From a bacterium (GTDB lineage Bacteria > Lernaellota > Lernaellaia > JACKCT01): a stretch of DNA of 21,402 nucleotides. Numbering within the stretch: the stretch's first letter is position 1; every line of letters starts with the position of its first letter. A model generated the notes under the pieces. That model ran no database searches. It was not told where the DNA came from and saw only the letters and a program-made list of their open reading frames with translations. A program made the position numbers and the translations under genes. The stretch spans positions 1 to 21,402 of the forward strand of contig JAIOHV010000207.1 in NCBI GenBank assembly GCA_019912885.1, read 5' to 3'. This document shows positions 1 to 7,777 of this stretch, one piece after another.

Positions 1-59
1 ACGAGGAACGCGGCGAGAAGAATGGCAAGGAAAAATCGCGGGAATGGTGCGGAACGCAT
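1..59 (-). CDS. Partial CDS: only the N-terminus of a gene running out of the window. It begins MRSAPFPRFFLAILLAAFL, which is signal-peptide-like.
   Basis: Reverse complement of 1-59 starts with ATG (cat at 57-59). GGAGG sits 4 nt upstream on the - strand (cctcc at 64-68). The hydrophobic N-terminus is typical of an exported protein. Only 19 codons are visible. Confidence 0.25.
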   Translation of the reverse strand, partial: MRSAPFPRFFLAILLAAFL

Positions 60-123
60 CGGGCCTCCGGGCAAAAAGCGCGACGAATGTAGGGACGCAT
101 CCAAGGGGTGTCAATGAGGGCAA

Positions 124-277
124 GTGTCGAGTTACGAGTGACGAGTGTCGAGTGGAATCGCACGGCCATCGCGTATTGGGAATGGGGAATCGGGAATGTC
201 CGTGACGCGACGGTTTTTCGAAAAAAATTCCCGCGATCGGCCTTCGCTATTCGTCATTCGTCACTCGTCATTCTTCA
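124..277 (+). repeat. Structured element in the gyrA upstream region. A (GTKWCGA)x4 array at 124-154 and a (TTCGTCA)x5 array at 243-277 are reverse complements of each other. They bracket (GGGAAT)x3 at 177-198 and a gggaat/attccc pair at 221-233.
   Basis: Read directly. Left arm gtgtcgagttacgagtgacgagtgtcgagtgg. Right arm ttcgctattcgtcattcgtcactcgtcattcttca. All mismatches between the arms are G(left)/U(right)-compatible on the + strand. Confidence 0.5.
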
Positions 278-378
278 ATCGAAAATGGGGTCGCCGCGCC
301 TTGTCTTTCGGGCTTGTTCGCGGTACAAACCCCCGCTTGCCAAATCGGCCGGCGATAATCCCGTAAGGAACGAAATTC

Positions 379-2991
379 GTGAGTGATATCAAGAACATCG
401 CGCATATTGAGGACGAGCTCAAGACGAGCTATCTCGACTACGCGATGAGCGTCATCGTAGGGCGCGCGCTGCCGGACGTGCGCGACGGTTTGAAGCCCGT
501 GCACCGGCGAATCCTTTTCACGATGTACGACAACGGAATCCACTACAACCGGCCTTACGTGAAAAGCGCGCGCGTGGTCGGCGACGTGATGGGCAAGCTC
601 CATCCGCACGGCGACGCGGCGATCTACGAAACGCTCGTGCGCATGGCGCAGCCGTTTTCCATGCGTTACATGGTCGTCGACGGGCAGGGCAACTTCGGCT
701 CGGTGGACGGCGATCCGCCCGCCGCGATGCGTTATACGGAGGCGCGCCTGGCGCGCGTCGCCGACGAGGTGCTCTCGGACATCGGCAAGGAGACGGTCGA
801 CTGGCGGCCGAGCTACGACGAGAAGCAACTCGAGCCGGTCGTCCTGCCCGCCGCGGTGCCGATGCTTCTCATGAACGGCTCGGAGGGCATCGCCGTCGGC
901 ATGGCGACAAAGGTGCCGCCGCACAACATCCGCGAATTGCTCGACGGCCTCATCGCGCTCGCGAAGGATCCGTCGCTTGGCCTTCGCGAGTTGATGGTGC
1001 ACATCCCCGGCCCGGATTTTCCGACGGGCGGTTTCATCTACGGCCGGCACGGGATCCATGAAGCCTACATGACCGGGCGCGGCCGCGTGCTGATGCGCGC
1101 GCGCATGGACACGGAGGAGAACGAAAAGACGGGCCGCCTGTCCATCGTCATCACGGAAATCCCCTACCAGGTGAACAAGACGCGGCTCATCGAGGAGATC
1201 GCGGACGGCGTCCGGAACAAACGCATCGAAGGCATCTCCGACCTGCGCGACGAGTCCGACAAGGACGGCATGCGCATCGTCATCGAGCTCAAGCGCGAGG
1301 CGGTGCCGTCGGTCGTGACCAATCAGCTCTACAAGATGACGAGCTGCTCCACGACGTTCGGCGTCAACATGCTCGCGCTTGTCGGCGGGCGCCCGCGCAC
1401 GCTGGGGTTGCGCGACATCCTCACGGAGTTCCTCGCCTTCCGCCGCGAGGTGGTGACACGTCGCTGCATCTTCGAAAAGCGCCAGGCCGAGGAGCGTATC
1501 CACATCCTGAACGGGCTCATCATCGCGCTTGATCACATCGACGCGATCATCTCCATCATCCGCGGCTCGCAGACGCAGGACCAGGCGCGCGAACGGATGA
1601 TCGCCTCCTACGAGCTTTCGCTGGTTCAGGCGCAGGCGATTCTCGACATGCGCCTGGCGCGCCTGACGGGCCTGGAGCGCCAGAAGATCGAGGAGGAGCA
1701 AGCGCAACTGGCCGAAACGATCGCGCGGCTCGCGGCGATTCTCGCGGACGAAAATCTGCTGACGCAGGTCATCATCGACGAGTTCGAGAAGCTGCGCGAA
1801 CGTTACGGCGACGCGCGGCGCACGGAGATCCTGGACGAGGAAGGCGAGTTCGCGGTCGAGGATTTGATCGCGGACGAGGACATGGTCGTCACCGTCACGC
1901 ATCAGGGTTACATCAAACGCAATTCGCTCGATCAGTATCGCGCGCAGGGCCGCGGCGGCAAGGGCGTCATCGGCATGGAACCGAAGGAAGGCGACTTCGT
2001 CGAGCAACTCTACGTCGCGTCGATGCACCAGTATTTCCTCGTCTTCACGAGCCACGGAAAACTCTACTGGCTGAAGGTCTTCCAGATCCCGCCGGGCGCG
2101 CGCGCGGCACGGGGACGGCCGATCGTCAACCTGCTCACGCTGACCGGTATGGATGAAAAGGTCGTCACGGTGCTCCCCGTGCGCGAGTTCGCCGAGGGCC
2201 AATACGTCGTCATGATCACGCGGCGCGGCATCGTGAAGAAAACGGACCTGATGGCGTTTTCCAACGTGCGCCAGGCCGGCATCATCGCGTTGTCGATCGA
2301 CGACGGCGACGATCTTGTCTTCGCGGGGCTCACCGACGGGAAGCACGACATCATGATCGCCACGCGCGAGGGACAGTCGATCCGCTTCGACGAAAACGAC
2401 GTGCGCCCGATGGGCCGCAACGCCCGCGGCGTGCGCGGCATCAACCTGGCCGCGGGCGACGAGGTCGTCGCGGCGACGGTCGTCGAGGACAATCGCTCCG
2501 TGCTGACCGTGTGCGAGCGCGGATACGGCAAACGCACCGCGCTCGAGGAATACCGCCGGCAGTCGCGCGGCGGGCGCGGCATCATCACGATCCGCACAAC
2601 CGAGCGGAACGGCAAGGTCGTCGCGGTGCGTCAGGCGGATGACGGCGAACAGCTCATCATGATCACGGAGCTCGGCAAGATCATCCGCCTGCGCGTGGAC
2701 ACGCTGCGCATCATCGGCCGCTCCACGCAAGGCGTGCGCCTGTTCGATCTTGCCGCAAGCGATCGCGTGGTCGCGGTCAGCCCGCTACCCGAGGGCGACG
2801 ACGAAGATCTCGAGGCGACCGAGGAGGCGACGCCGGAGGTGACGAGCGCGGCGGATGTCGAGCCGGTCGACGAGCCGGAAGACGACGAACCCGCGCCAGA
2901 CGACGACGACGCGACGCCGGATGATGACGAGGCCACGCCGGACGATGACGCCGGGAATGAGGGCAACGGCACGCCGGATGACGAGGGGTAG
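379..2991 (+). CDS. gyrA: DNA gyrase subunit A, 870 aa, with an acidic C-terminal tail.
   Basis: GTG start with AAGGA 10 nt upstream. The N-terminus reads ...[27 protein letters not shown]... The QRDR region reads [17 protein letters not shown]. Six GyrA-box beta-pinwheel repeats follow. The tail is rich in D, E and P (..[18 protein letters not shown]..). Confidence 0.97.
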   Translation: MSDIKNIAHIEDELKTSYLDYAMSVIVGRALPDVRDGLKPVHRRILFTMYDNGIHYNRPYVKSARVVGDVMGKLHPHGDAAIYETLVRMAQPFSMRYMVVDGQGNFGSVDGDPPAAMRYTEARLARVADEVLSDIGKETVDWRPSYDEKQLEPVVLPAAVPMLLMNGSEGIAVGMATKVPPHNIRELLDGLIALAKDPSLGLRELMVHIPGPDFPTGGFIYGRHGIHEAYMTGRGRVLMRARMDTEENEKTGRLSIVITEIPYQVNKTRLIEEIADGVRNKRIEGISDLRDESDKDGMRIVIELKREAVPSVVTNQLYKMTSCSTTFGVNMLALVGGRPRTLGLRDILTEFLAFRREVVTRRCIFEKRQAEERIHILNGLIIALDHIDAIISIIRGSQTQDQARERMIASYELSLVQAQAILDMRLARLTGLERQKIEEEQAQLAETIARLAAILADENLLTQVIIDEFEKLRERYGDARRTEILDEEGEFAVEDLIADEDMVVTVTHQGYIKRNSLDQYRAQGRGGKGVIGMEPKEGDFVEQLYVASMHQYFLVFTSHGKLYWLKVFQIPPGARAARGRPIVNLLTLTGMDEKVVTVLPVREFAEGQYVVMITRRGIVKKTDLMAFSNVRQAGIIALSIDDGDDLVFAGLTDGKHDIMIATREGQSIRFDENDVRPMGRNARGVRGINLAAGDEVVAATVVEDNRSVLTVCERGYGKRTALEEYRRQSRGGRGIITIRTTERNGKVVAVRQADDGEQLIMITELGKIIRLRVDTLRIIGRSTQGVRLFDLAASDRVVAVSPLPEGDDEDLEATEEATPEVTSAADVEPVDEPEDDEPAPDDDDATPDDDEATPDDDAGNEGNGTPDDEG

Positions 2992-3001
2992 GGGCCGCCA
3001 G

Positions 3002-3040
3002 GCGAAAAACGCGGGTGGCGTGAAAACCACCCGCGTTGTT
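3002..3040 (-). terminator. Rho-independent terminator between convergent gyrA (+) and the 152-aa lipoprotein gene (-). It probably acts in both directions.
   Basis: Perfect 11-bp stem aacgcgggtgg (3008-3018) / ccacccgcgtt (3027-3037) with an 8-nt loop. On the - strand the stem is followed by a run of U (complement of gaaaaa at 3004-3009). On the + strand it is followed by GUUGCGUUGCG. Confidence 0.6.
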
Positions 3041-3107
3041 GCGTTGCGATGACCTTTCAGACTTCCCGTCTCTCGGACTTTCGGACTATTCGTTCCGGCG
3101 CGGGCCG

Positions 3108-3563
3108 TTAGTCCAAAACCACCGGCTCTTTTTCCCCGTCCTCGTTCACGCGCGGGATCGGATTCACGAACAGAAAGATTTCGATCTCATCCGACGCGTT
3201 GCCGGCCTTGTCGAGCAGCGTGATGAAATACGTGCCTTCGTCGCCGTCTTTTACGTCGAGGTCAAACCAGATCGCGCCGCCGTGGCCGTCGCCCGTGAGC
3301 CGAGGCTCGTCCGCGGCGACAAAGCGCTCCTCGCCTTCGAGATTCTCGAAACGCACAAGAAGGATCGGCTGCTCGACGTCGCCGTCGAAATCCTCGAATG
3401 CGAAATAAAAACGCGCGGGCTCGTAGAGCCACGCGGGATTCGGCTCGACGCGAAGGCTCTCCTGATACACGACGGGTTCGAGCTCCTCGGCAGGCTCGTT
3501 GCCCTGCGTGCAGGCGGCGGACATCGCCGCGACGAGAAGGACGGTAAACAGGACGCGTTTCAT
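3108..3563 (-). CDS. Small secreted lipoprotein of unknown function, 152 aa.
   Basis: This is the genuine 3' part of the 530-aa track ORF. It starts MKRVLFTVLLVAAMSAACTQ: signal peptide plus lipobox AMSAAC. Codon usage matches the host. It is convergent with gyrA and divergent from the hydrolase gene. The terminator lies downstream. Confidence 0.7.
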   Translation of the reverse strand: MKRVLFTVLLVAAMSAACTQGNEPAEELEPVVYQESLRVEPNPAWLYEPARFYFAFEDFDGDVEQPILLVRFENLEGEERFVAADEPRLTGDGHGGAIWFDLDVKDGDEGTYFITLLDKAGNASDEIEIFLFVNPIPRVNEDGEKEPVVLD

Positions 3564-3641
3564 GGAGCGCGATCTTACGGGCGGCGGCGCGGAAATCAAG
3601 ACGATTGCGCCGAGGCGCGACAATCGGCATAACTCCCCTTC

Positions 3642-4955
3642 ATGAGAACCGCGTGGTGGATGATGGCCCTTGCGGCCGCGATCCTCGCCATCGCGCCCGG
3701 CTGCGGCTGCGGCGATGATGACGACGACGGCACCGCGGGCAGCGCCGTATCCGGCGCGGACGACGATTCTTCGTTCGACGACGACGCCGATGATGACGAC
3801 GCGGCCGACGACGACGCGACGGACGGCGAATTTCCGGATCGCGACCTTCCGCCGCCGCCCGCGCCGTGGGACCCGACAAAGCCGGGGCCGTACGCGGTCG
3901 GCAATCAGACTCTGCTTTTGTCCGATCCTTCGCGCTACGACTGGCCAAGCCGCGGCGACCGCCTGCTTTTGACGGAGGTGTGGTATCCCGCGCCGGAGTT
4001 CACGCGCGCGTGGCCGCGCGACCGCGTGCGGAATTTTCTCATGGGCTGGGACGACCTGATTCGCAACGTGTTGTCGTTCATCCTGCCGGCCGATGAGATC
4101 GCCAACTTCGAGCGCGAAAGGGGCAGCGCGCGGCACGCGCCAATACGCCGCGATGGCGGACCGTATCCGCTTGTCATTCTCTCGCACGGCAACGCGGCGA
4201 TCCGCTTCGCGTCGATGTCTCTTGCCGAGTGGCTGGCGAGCCACGGCTACGTCGTCGTCGCGCCGGATCACATCGGCAACGCCGTGTTCGTGACGCTGCC
4301 GGATCGCCTGGTGATCTACAATCCGATCCTCACGCCGTTTTCGTTCATCGACCGCATCGTCGATTTCGGATTTCTCATCGAAACATTCGCGGCGAAAAAC
4401 GACACGCCGGGCGATTTCTTTTATGACACGGTGGACGCGGAAAACGTGGGCGTGGTCGGTCATTCGTACGGCGCGGTGACGGGCACGGAAGGAAGCGTGT
4501 TCGACTATCGCATCGACGCGGTGGTTTCGATGGCGGGGTTCATGATCCCGCTTTGGGCAGGCGACTTTGACACGCCGGTCATGTTCATGATGGGCCGCGA
4601 GGACAAGACGCTCGGCGACTGGAACCCGATCGTGCGCGGCATCGTGCTGCCGCTTGTGCCCAAGCCGCGCGTGCTCGTCGATGTGTTCGACGCGGGGCAC
4701 TACACGTTTACGGACGCGTGCGTGCTGATCCCGACGCTCCTTGGCGGGGGCGACGGCTGCGGCGAGGGCACGCGGCGATTCGGCAACGAGGAGTCATTCG
4801 ACTTCATTGACTACGAAACCTCGCAACGCTTCCTCGGAACGTACGTCACGGCATTCATGAACTACACGCTCAAGGGCTACAAGGATGCGATGCGCCCGGT
4901 GCTCTCGACGAACTACTTTCCGGGCAAGATGGATGTCGTCGCGGAGTTTGAGTAG
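3642..4955 (+). CDS. Alpha/beta-hydrolase lipoprotein (lipase / PAF-acetylhydrolase / dienelactone-hydrolase-like). It has an N-terminal poly-Asp linker.
   Basis: Signal peptide MRTAWWMMALAAAILAIAPGCGCG. An acidic linker (DDDDDG...DDDADDDDAADDDATD) follows. Nucleophile elbow G-H-S-Y-G (GVVGHSYGAVTG). An upstream ...ILSHGN... oxyanion-hole-like block. A downstream His in DAGHYTF. The start could also be the in-frame codons at 3657/3663. Confidence 0.85.
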   Translation: MRTAWWMMALAAAILAIAPGCGCGDDDDDGTAGSAVSGADDDSSFDDDADDDDAADDDATDGEFPDRDLPPPPAPWDPTKPGPYAVGNQTLLLSDPSRYDWPSRGDRLLLTEVWYPAPEFTRAWPRDRVRNFLMGWDDLIRNVLSFILPADEIANFERERGSARHAPIRRDGGPYPLVILSHGNAAIRFASMSLAEWLASHGYVVVAPDHIGNAVFVTLPDRLVIYNPILTPFSFIDRIVDFGFLIETFAAKNDTPGDFFYDTVDAENVGVVGHSYGAVTGTEGSVFDYRIDAVVSMAGFMIPLWAGDFDTPVMFMMGREDKTLGDWNPIVRGIVLPLVPKPRVLVDVFDAGHYTFTDACVLIPTLLGGGDGCGEGTRRFGNEESFDFIDYETSQRFLGTYVTAFMNYTLKGYKDAMRPVLSTNYFPGKMDVVAEFE

Positions 4956-4958
4956 GCT

Positions 4959-5156
4959 GTGATTCGTCGAATCTGGAGCACGATCGTGTATTACCGTGTG
5001 CCGATCGCATGGGTCGTTGGCGTCGTGTTGTCGATGTTCGGCATCGGCCTCGGTTACGGGGCCTACGGCCGCCCGTTCGCCATGGGCGCCGCGATCGCCG
5101 GCGGCGTGCTTCTGACAATTTTGCGCGTGTTCATGTACGCGAGGTCAAGCCGCTAA
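4959..5156 (+). CDS. Small two-TM glycine-zipper membrane protein, 65 aa. Tentative.
   Basis: GTG start 4 nt after the hydrolase stop. Hydrophobic sequence with GIGLGYGAYG and GAAIAGG GxxxG repeats. GC3-rich codons like the host. It overlaps the convergent methyltransferase stop by 4 nt. Confidence 0.4.
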   Translation: MIRRIWSTIVYYRVPIAWVVGVVLSMFGIGLGYGAYGRPFAMGAAIAGGVLLTILRVFMYARSSR

Positions 5157-5809
5157 AGCGTAAGCGCCCCCGGTTCGCGTTTCATCGCCACCATCAGGCC
5201 GTCGCGGACGGGCAGGATGGTCGAGAAAAAGCGTTCGTCCTCGAAACACAGTCTGTTGAATTCCTGAATCGCGCGCGTGTTTTCGTCCGGGTTTTCGTCG
5301 GCGACCGCGCCGTGCCAAAGCACGTTGTCGGTGATGAAAAGCCCGCCGGTGCGCAGGCGGTCGTGCGTTTCGCGGTACGCGGCCGGATAGCCGAGCTTGT
5401 CGATGTCGTTGTAGATGATGTCAAACGGTCCTTCCTCGCCGCGCAGGATTTCGACCGCGTCGCCGACGCGGTAGTCGAGCATGTCCTCGATGCCGAGGCG
5501 CCGCGAGAACTCGTAGCAAAGTTCGCGATTTTTCTCGGAGCCGTCGGTCAGAATCAGACGCCCGTCCTCCGGCATGCCGAGCGCGAACCAGAACGCGGAG
5601 TAGCCAAAGCCCGAGCCCATCTCGAACACGGTGTGCGCGTGAATCGACTGCGCGAACATCGTCAGAAGGCGCCCGACGTGCGGGCCGATGATGGGGAACT
5701 GGTGCTCTTTCGCGTACGCCTCCATCTGGGCGACGACCGGATGGCGGCCGGGCAGGAAGCGGTTCAGGTACTCGTCGATCCTCTCGTCGTACATCGCGGC
5801 GCGGTGCAT
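5153..5809 (-). CDS. Class I SAM-dependent O-methyltransferase (caffeoyl-CoA OMT / family 3 type).
   Basis: 218 aa. SAM-binding motif I (VFEMGSGFGYSA). The acidic D/E pattern (LTDGSE, YNDIDK) is typical of cation-dependent OMTs. The + strand ORF 5009-5851 opposite is spurious. Confidence 0.9.
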   Translation of the reverse strand: MHRAAMYDERIDEYLNRFLPGRHPVVAQMEAYAKEHQFPIIGPHVGRLLTMFAQSIHAHTVFEMGSGFGYSAFWFALGMPEDGRLILTDGSEKNRELCYEFSRRLGIEDMLDYRVGDAVEILRGEEGPFDIIYNDIDKLGYPAAYRETHDRLRTGGLFITDNVLWHGAVADENPDENTRAIQEFNRLCFEDERFFSTILPVRDGLMVAMKREPGALTL

Positions 5810-5849
5810 CGCTTGCCTCCTCGCGGTTTTCTTTTTTTTGCGTTGACGT

Positions 5850-5890
5850 AAGATCGCGCGTTCGATTTCAGCATCCGCAAAGATCGCGCG
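5850..5890. promoter_or_regulatory. Two exact 11-mer direct repeats, AAGATCGCGCG, 30 bp apart in the divergent OMT / mtnP control region.
   Basis: Read directly at 5850-5860 and 5880-5890. TTGACG sits at 5843-5848 just upstream. The spacing is about three helical turns. Confidence 0.4.
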
Positions 5891-5907
5891 AAGTAAAGGG
5901 GGAGTAC

Positions 5908-6774
5908 GTGACCAAGGTAAAGATCGGCGTTATCGGCGGCAGCGGCCTGTATGAGATGGACGGGCTGACGAATATCGCGGAGCGGGCGGTCGAAACGCCC
6001 TACGGCACGCCATCGGATGCCCTCATCAGCGGAACGCTCGGCGGCGTGCCGATGGTGTTCCTGCCACGGCACGGGCGCGGCCATCGCATCGGGCCGTCGG
6101 ACATCAATTTCCGCGCGAACATCCACGCGTTAAAGCAGGCCGGCGTGACGCACATCATCAGCGTGTCGGCGTGCGGATCGCTGCGCGAGGAAATCGTGCC
6201 GGGGCAGCTTGTCATGATCGACCAGTTTTTCGATCGCACGAAAAGCCGGCCGTCGACATTTTTCACCGGCGGCATCGTCGCGCACGCGCCGTTTGCCGAT
6301 CCGATCGACAACGATCTGCGCAAACTCCTCGTCGCGGCGGCCGGCGAGCTTGGCATCGACCACCGCGACGGCGGGACGTACGTGTGCATGGAAGGGCCGG
6401 CGTTTTCGACGCGCGCGGAGAGCCACTTCTATCGTCAGATCGGCGCGGACGTCATCGGCATGACGAACCTCACCGAGGCGAAACTCGCGCGCGAGGCGGC
6501 GATTCCGTACGCCACCATCGCGCTCGCGACCGACTACGACTGCTGGCGCACGAGCGAGGCGGACGTGGATATCCAAGAGATCCTCGCGGTGATGGCGGCG
6601 AACGTCGCGAACGCCAAGCGGATCATCGCCGCCGTCGCGCCGCGCGTGACGCCCGAGACCGGCGCGTGGGTGGCGGAGTCGATGAAGTTCGCAATCGTGA
6701 CGGCGAAAGAGGCGATTCCGGAAGACACGAAGGCGAGGCTCGCGCCGATCGTCGGGGACTATTTCGAATTCTGA
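5908..6774 (+). CDS. mtnP: S-methyl-5'-thioadenosine phosphorylase.
   Basis: GTG start with AAAGGGGGA RBS. VKIGVIGGSGLY and PRHGRGHRIGPSDINFRANIHALKQAGVTHIISVSACGSL match the MTAP / PNP-family signature. 288 aa. Confidence 0.93.
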   Translation: MTKVKIGVIGGSGLYEMDGLTNIAERAVETPYGTPSDALISGTLGGVPMVFLPRHGRGHRIGPSDINFRANIHALKQAGVTHIISVSACGSLREEIVPGQLVMIDQFFDRTKSRPSTFFTGGIVAHAPFADPIDNDLRKLLVAAAGELGIDHRDGGTYVCMEGPAFSTRAESHFYRQIGADVIGMTNLTEAKLAREAAIPYATIALATDYDCWRTSEADVDIQEILAVMAANVANAKRIIAAVAPRVTPETGAWVAESMKFAIVTAKEAIPEDTKARLAPIVGDYFEF

Positions 6775-6814
6775 AAAGGCTGGAAGACTGGAAGGTCATC
6801 GCCATTGTATTTCA

Positions 6815-6880
6815 CCACGGAGGACACGGAGGTCACAGAGGGAAAATAAAAGCGCTCTGTGCTCTCTGTGTTCTCTGTGG
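6815..6880 (+). terminator. Long imperfect hairpin built from tandem repeats: (CACGGAGG)x3 against (CTCTGTG)x3. Likely the mtnP terminator or another structured RNA element.
   Basis: ccacggaggacacggaggtcacagaggg, then loop aaaataaaagcg, then ctctgtgctctctgtgttctctgtgg. Every mismatch is G-versus-A on the + strand, which gives G·U wobble pairs in + strand RNA. There is no clean U-tract. (CTGGAAG)x2 lies upstream at 6781-6795. Confidence 0.45.
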
Positions 6881-6917
6881 TAAATCATGACGTACATCGC
6901 CTCAGGGGAGGTGCGTT

Positions 6918-7493
6918 GTGGATGCGTTAACCGCGTGGTGGTCGGCGCTCGGCGCGCTCGACAAGGTGCTGTGGTGCGTTGCGGTGCCGTTTTCCGTGCT
7001 CGCGCTGTTGCAGACGGCGCTTGAGATTTTCGGCGGCGGCGACGGATCGGATTTCGATGCCGGCCACGACGCCGGCGGGCACGACCTGGTCGGCCTGCAC
7101 CTGTTTTCCGTCAAGGGATTCATATTCTTTTTCTGCGCGCTCGGCTGGGTGGGGCTTGCGCTGACAAGCGCGGGCGTGCCCGGTGTCGTCGCGATTCCCG
7201 CCGGCATGTTCGCGGGCTTTTTGTGCATGGTGTTTTTTGCGTGGATCTTCGCGACGCTACACAAGCTTTCGGAGACCGGCAACTACAGCATCGAAAATGC
7301 GCTGCTCAAGCCGGGCACGGTGTATTTGCGCATCCCCGCGCGGCGCGCGGGGCGCGGCAAGGTAAACGTAACGTTTCAGGGCGCGGCGCGCGAGATCGAA
7401 GCGGTGACCGACGGCGAGGAGATTCCGACCGGCGCGTCGATCGAGGTTGTGCAGGTGCTCGAGGACGGCGCGGTGCTGGTGACGAAGCAATGA
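6918..7493 (+). CDS. NfeD-family membrane protein (YuaF-like), the flotillin partner.
   Basis: GTG start, AGGGGAGG RBS. N-terminal TM helices. C-terminal OB-fold region (GTVYLRIPA...GKVNVTFQGAAREIEAVTDGEEIPTGASIEVVQVLEDGAVLV). It sits directly upstream of the flotillin gene, as in yuaF-floT. Confidence 0.85.
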   Translation: MDALTAWWSALGALDKVLWCVAVPFSVLALLQTALEIFGGGDGSDFDAGHDAGGHDLVGLHLFSVKGFIFFFCALGWVGLALTSAGVPGVVAIPAGMFAGFLCMVFFAWIFATLHKLSETGNYSIENALLKPGTVYLRIPARRAGRGKVNVTFQGAAREIEAVTDGEEIPTGASIEVVQVLEDGAVLVTKQ

Positions 7494-7494
7494 C

Positions 7495-7527
7495 GAATTG
7501 GGAATTGGGAATTGCGAATTGGGAATG
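7495..7527 (+). repeat. Tandem heptamer (GAATTGG)x4.5, immediately after the nfeD stop.
   Basis: gaattgggaattgggaattgcgaattgggaatg. It is related to the GGGAAT repeats at 177-198. Confidence 0.6.
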
Positions 7528-7583
7528 AAATCGCAAGTGAAACCAGGTGCGGAGCGCCGAGAAATTTGAACGACTTCGCGAAT

Positions 7584-7688
7584 CGTCATCCTGAGGGGAG
7601 CGAAGCGAGCCGAAGGATCTGGCCCCGAGCGGGTTGACGCGCAGCGGTCAGCGGGCCGGCCGGATCCTTCGCTTCGCTCAGGATGACG
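7584..7688. repeat. Large inverted repeat / stem-loop (arms about 34 and 26 nt, loop about 43 nt) in the nfeD-floT spacer. It looks MITE- or REP-like, or like an RNA processing or stability element.
   Basis: Left arm cgtcatcctgaggggagcgaagcgagccgaaggatc. Right arm gatccttcgcttcgctcaggatgacg. The loop contains TTGACG. TGACGTCA is at 7683-7690. (ACGGGAA)x4 follows at 7708-7737. Confidence 0.55.
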
Positions 7689-7777
7689 TCACCGGTTATT
7701 TCTCGGAAACGGGAACGGGAACGGGATCGGGAGCGGGTAACAACATCAACGAGCGCGTGCGGAAAGGAACCTAAGCC

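Noticed and set aside
268-2730. 820-aa ORF on the - strand opposite gyrA. Similar long antisense or out-of-frame ORFs occur at 7586-9301 (571 aa, opposite the flotillin gene), at 10183-12540 (785 aa, a shifted frame of lptD), at 5009-5851, at 6171-6890 and at 17234-17884.
   Set aside because: These are classic high-GC artefacts. Their sequences are Arg/Ala/Asp-rich and low-complexity with no recognisable domains. Each fully overlaps a confidently identified gene on the other strand or frame.
2631-2972. Ser-rich and Gly-rich - strand ORFs opposite the acidic tails (2631-2972, and 19847-20416 opposite the FGE linker).
   Set aside because: They are the reverse-frame images of GAC/GAT-rich poly-Asp coding sequence (GTC/ATC gives Ser- and Val-rich peptides). 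They are not genes.
3642-3665. Alternative starts for the hydrolase (in-frame codons at 3657/3663).
   Set aside because: I cannot discriminate without an RBS. The ATG at 3642 gives the longest signal peptide with a positively charged n-region (MRTAWW...), so it is retained. The choice does not affect the call.
3564-4700. The upstream 378 codons of the 530-aa - strand ORF (3108-4700).
   Set aside because: Only the last 152 codons (from MKRVLFTVLLVAAMSAAC) look like a real protein. The remainder is antisense to the alpha/beta hydrolase gene and reads as Arg/His-rich nonsense.
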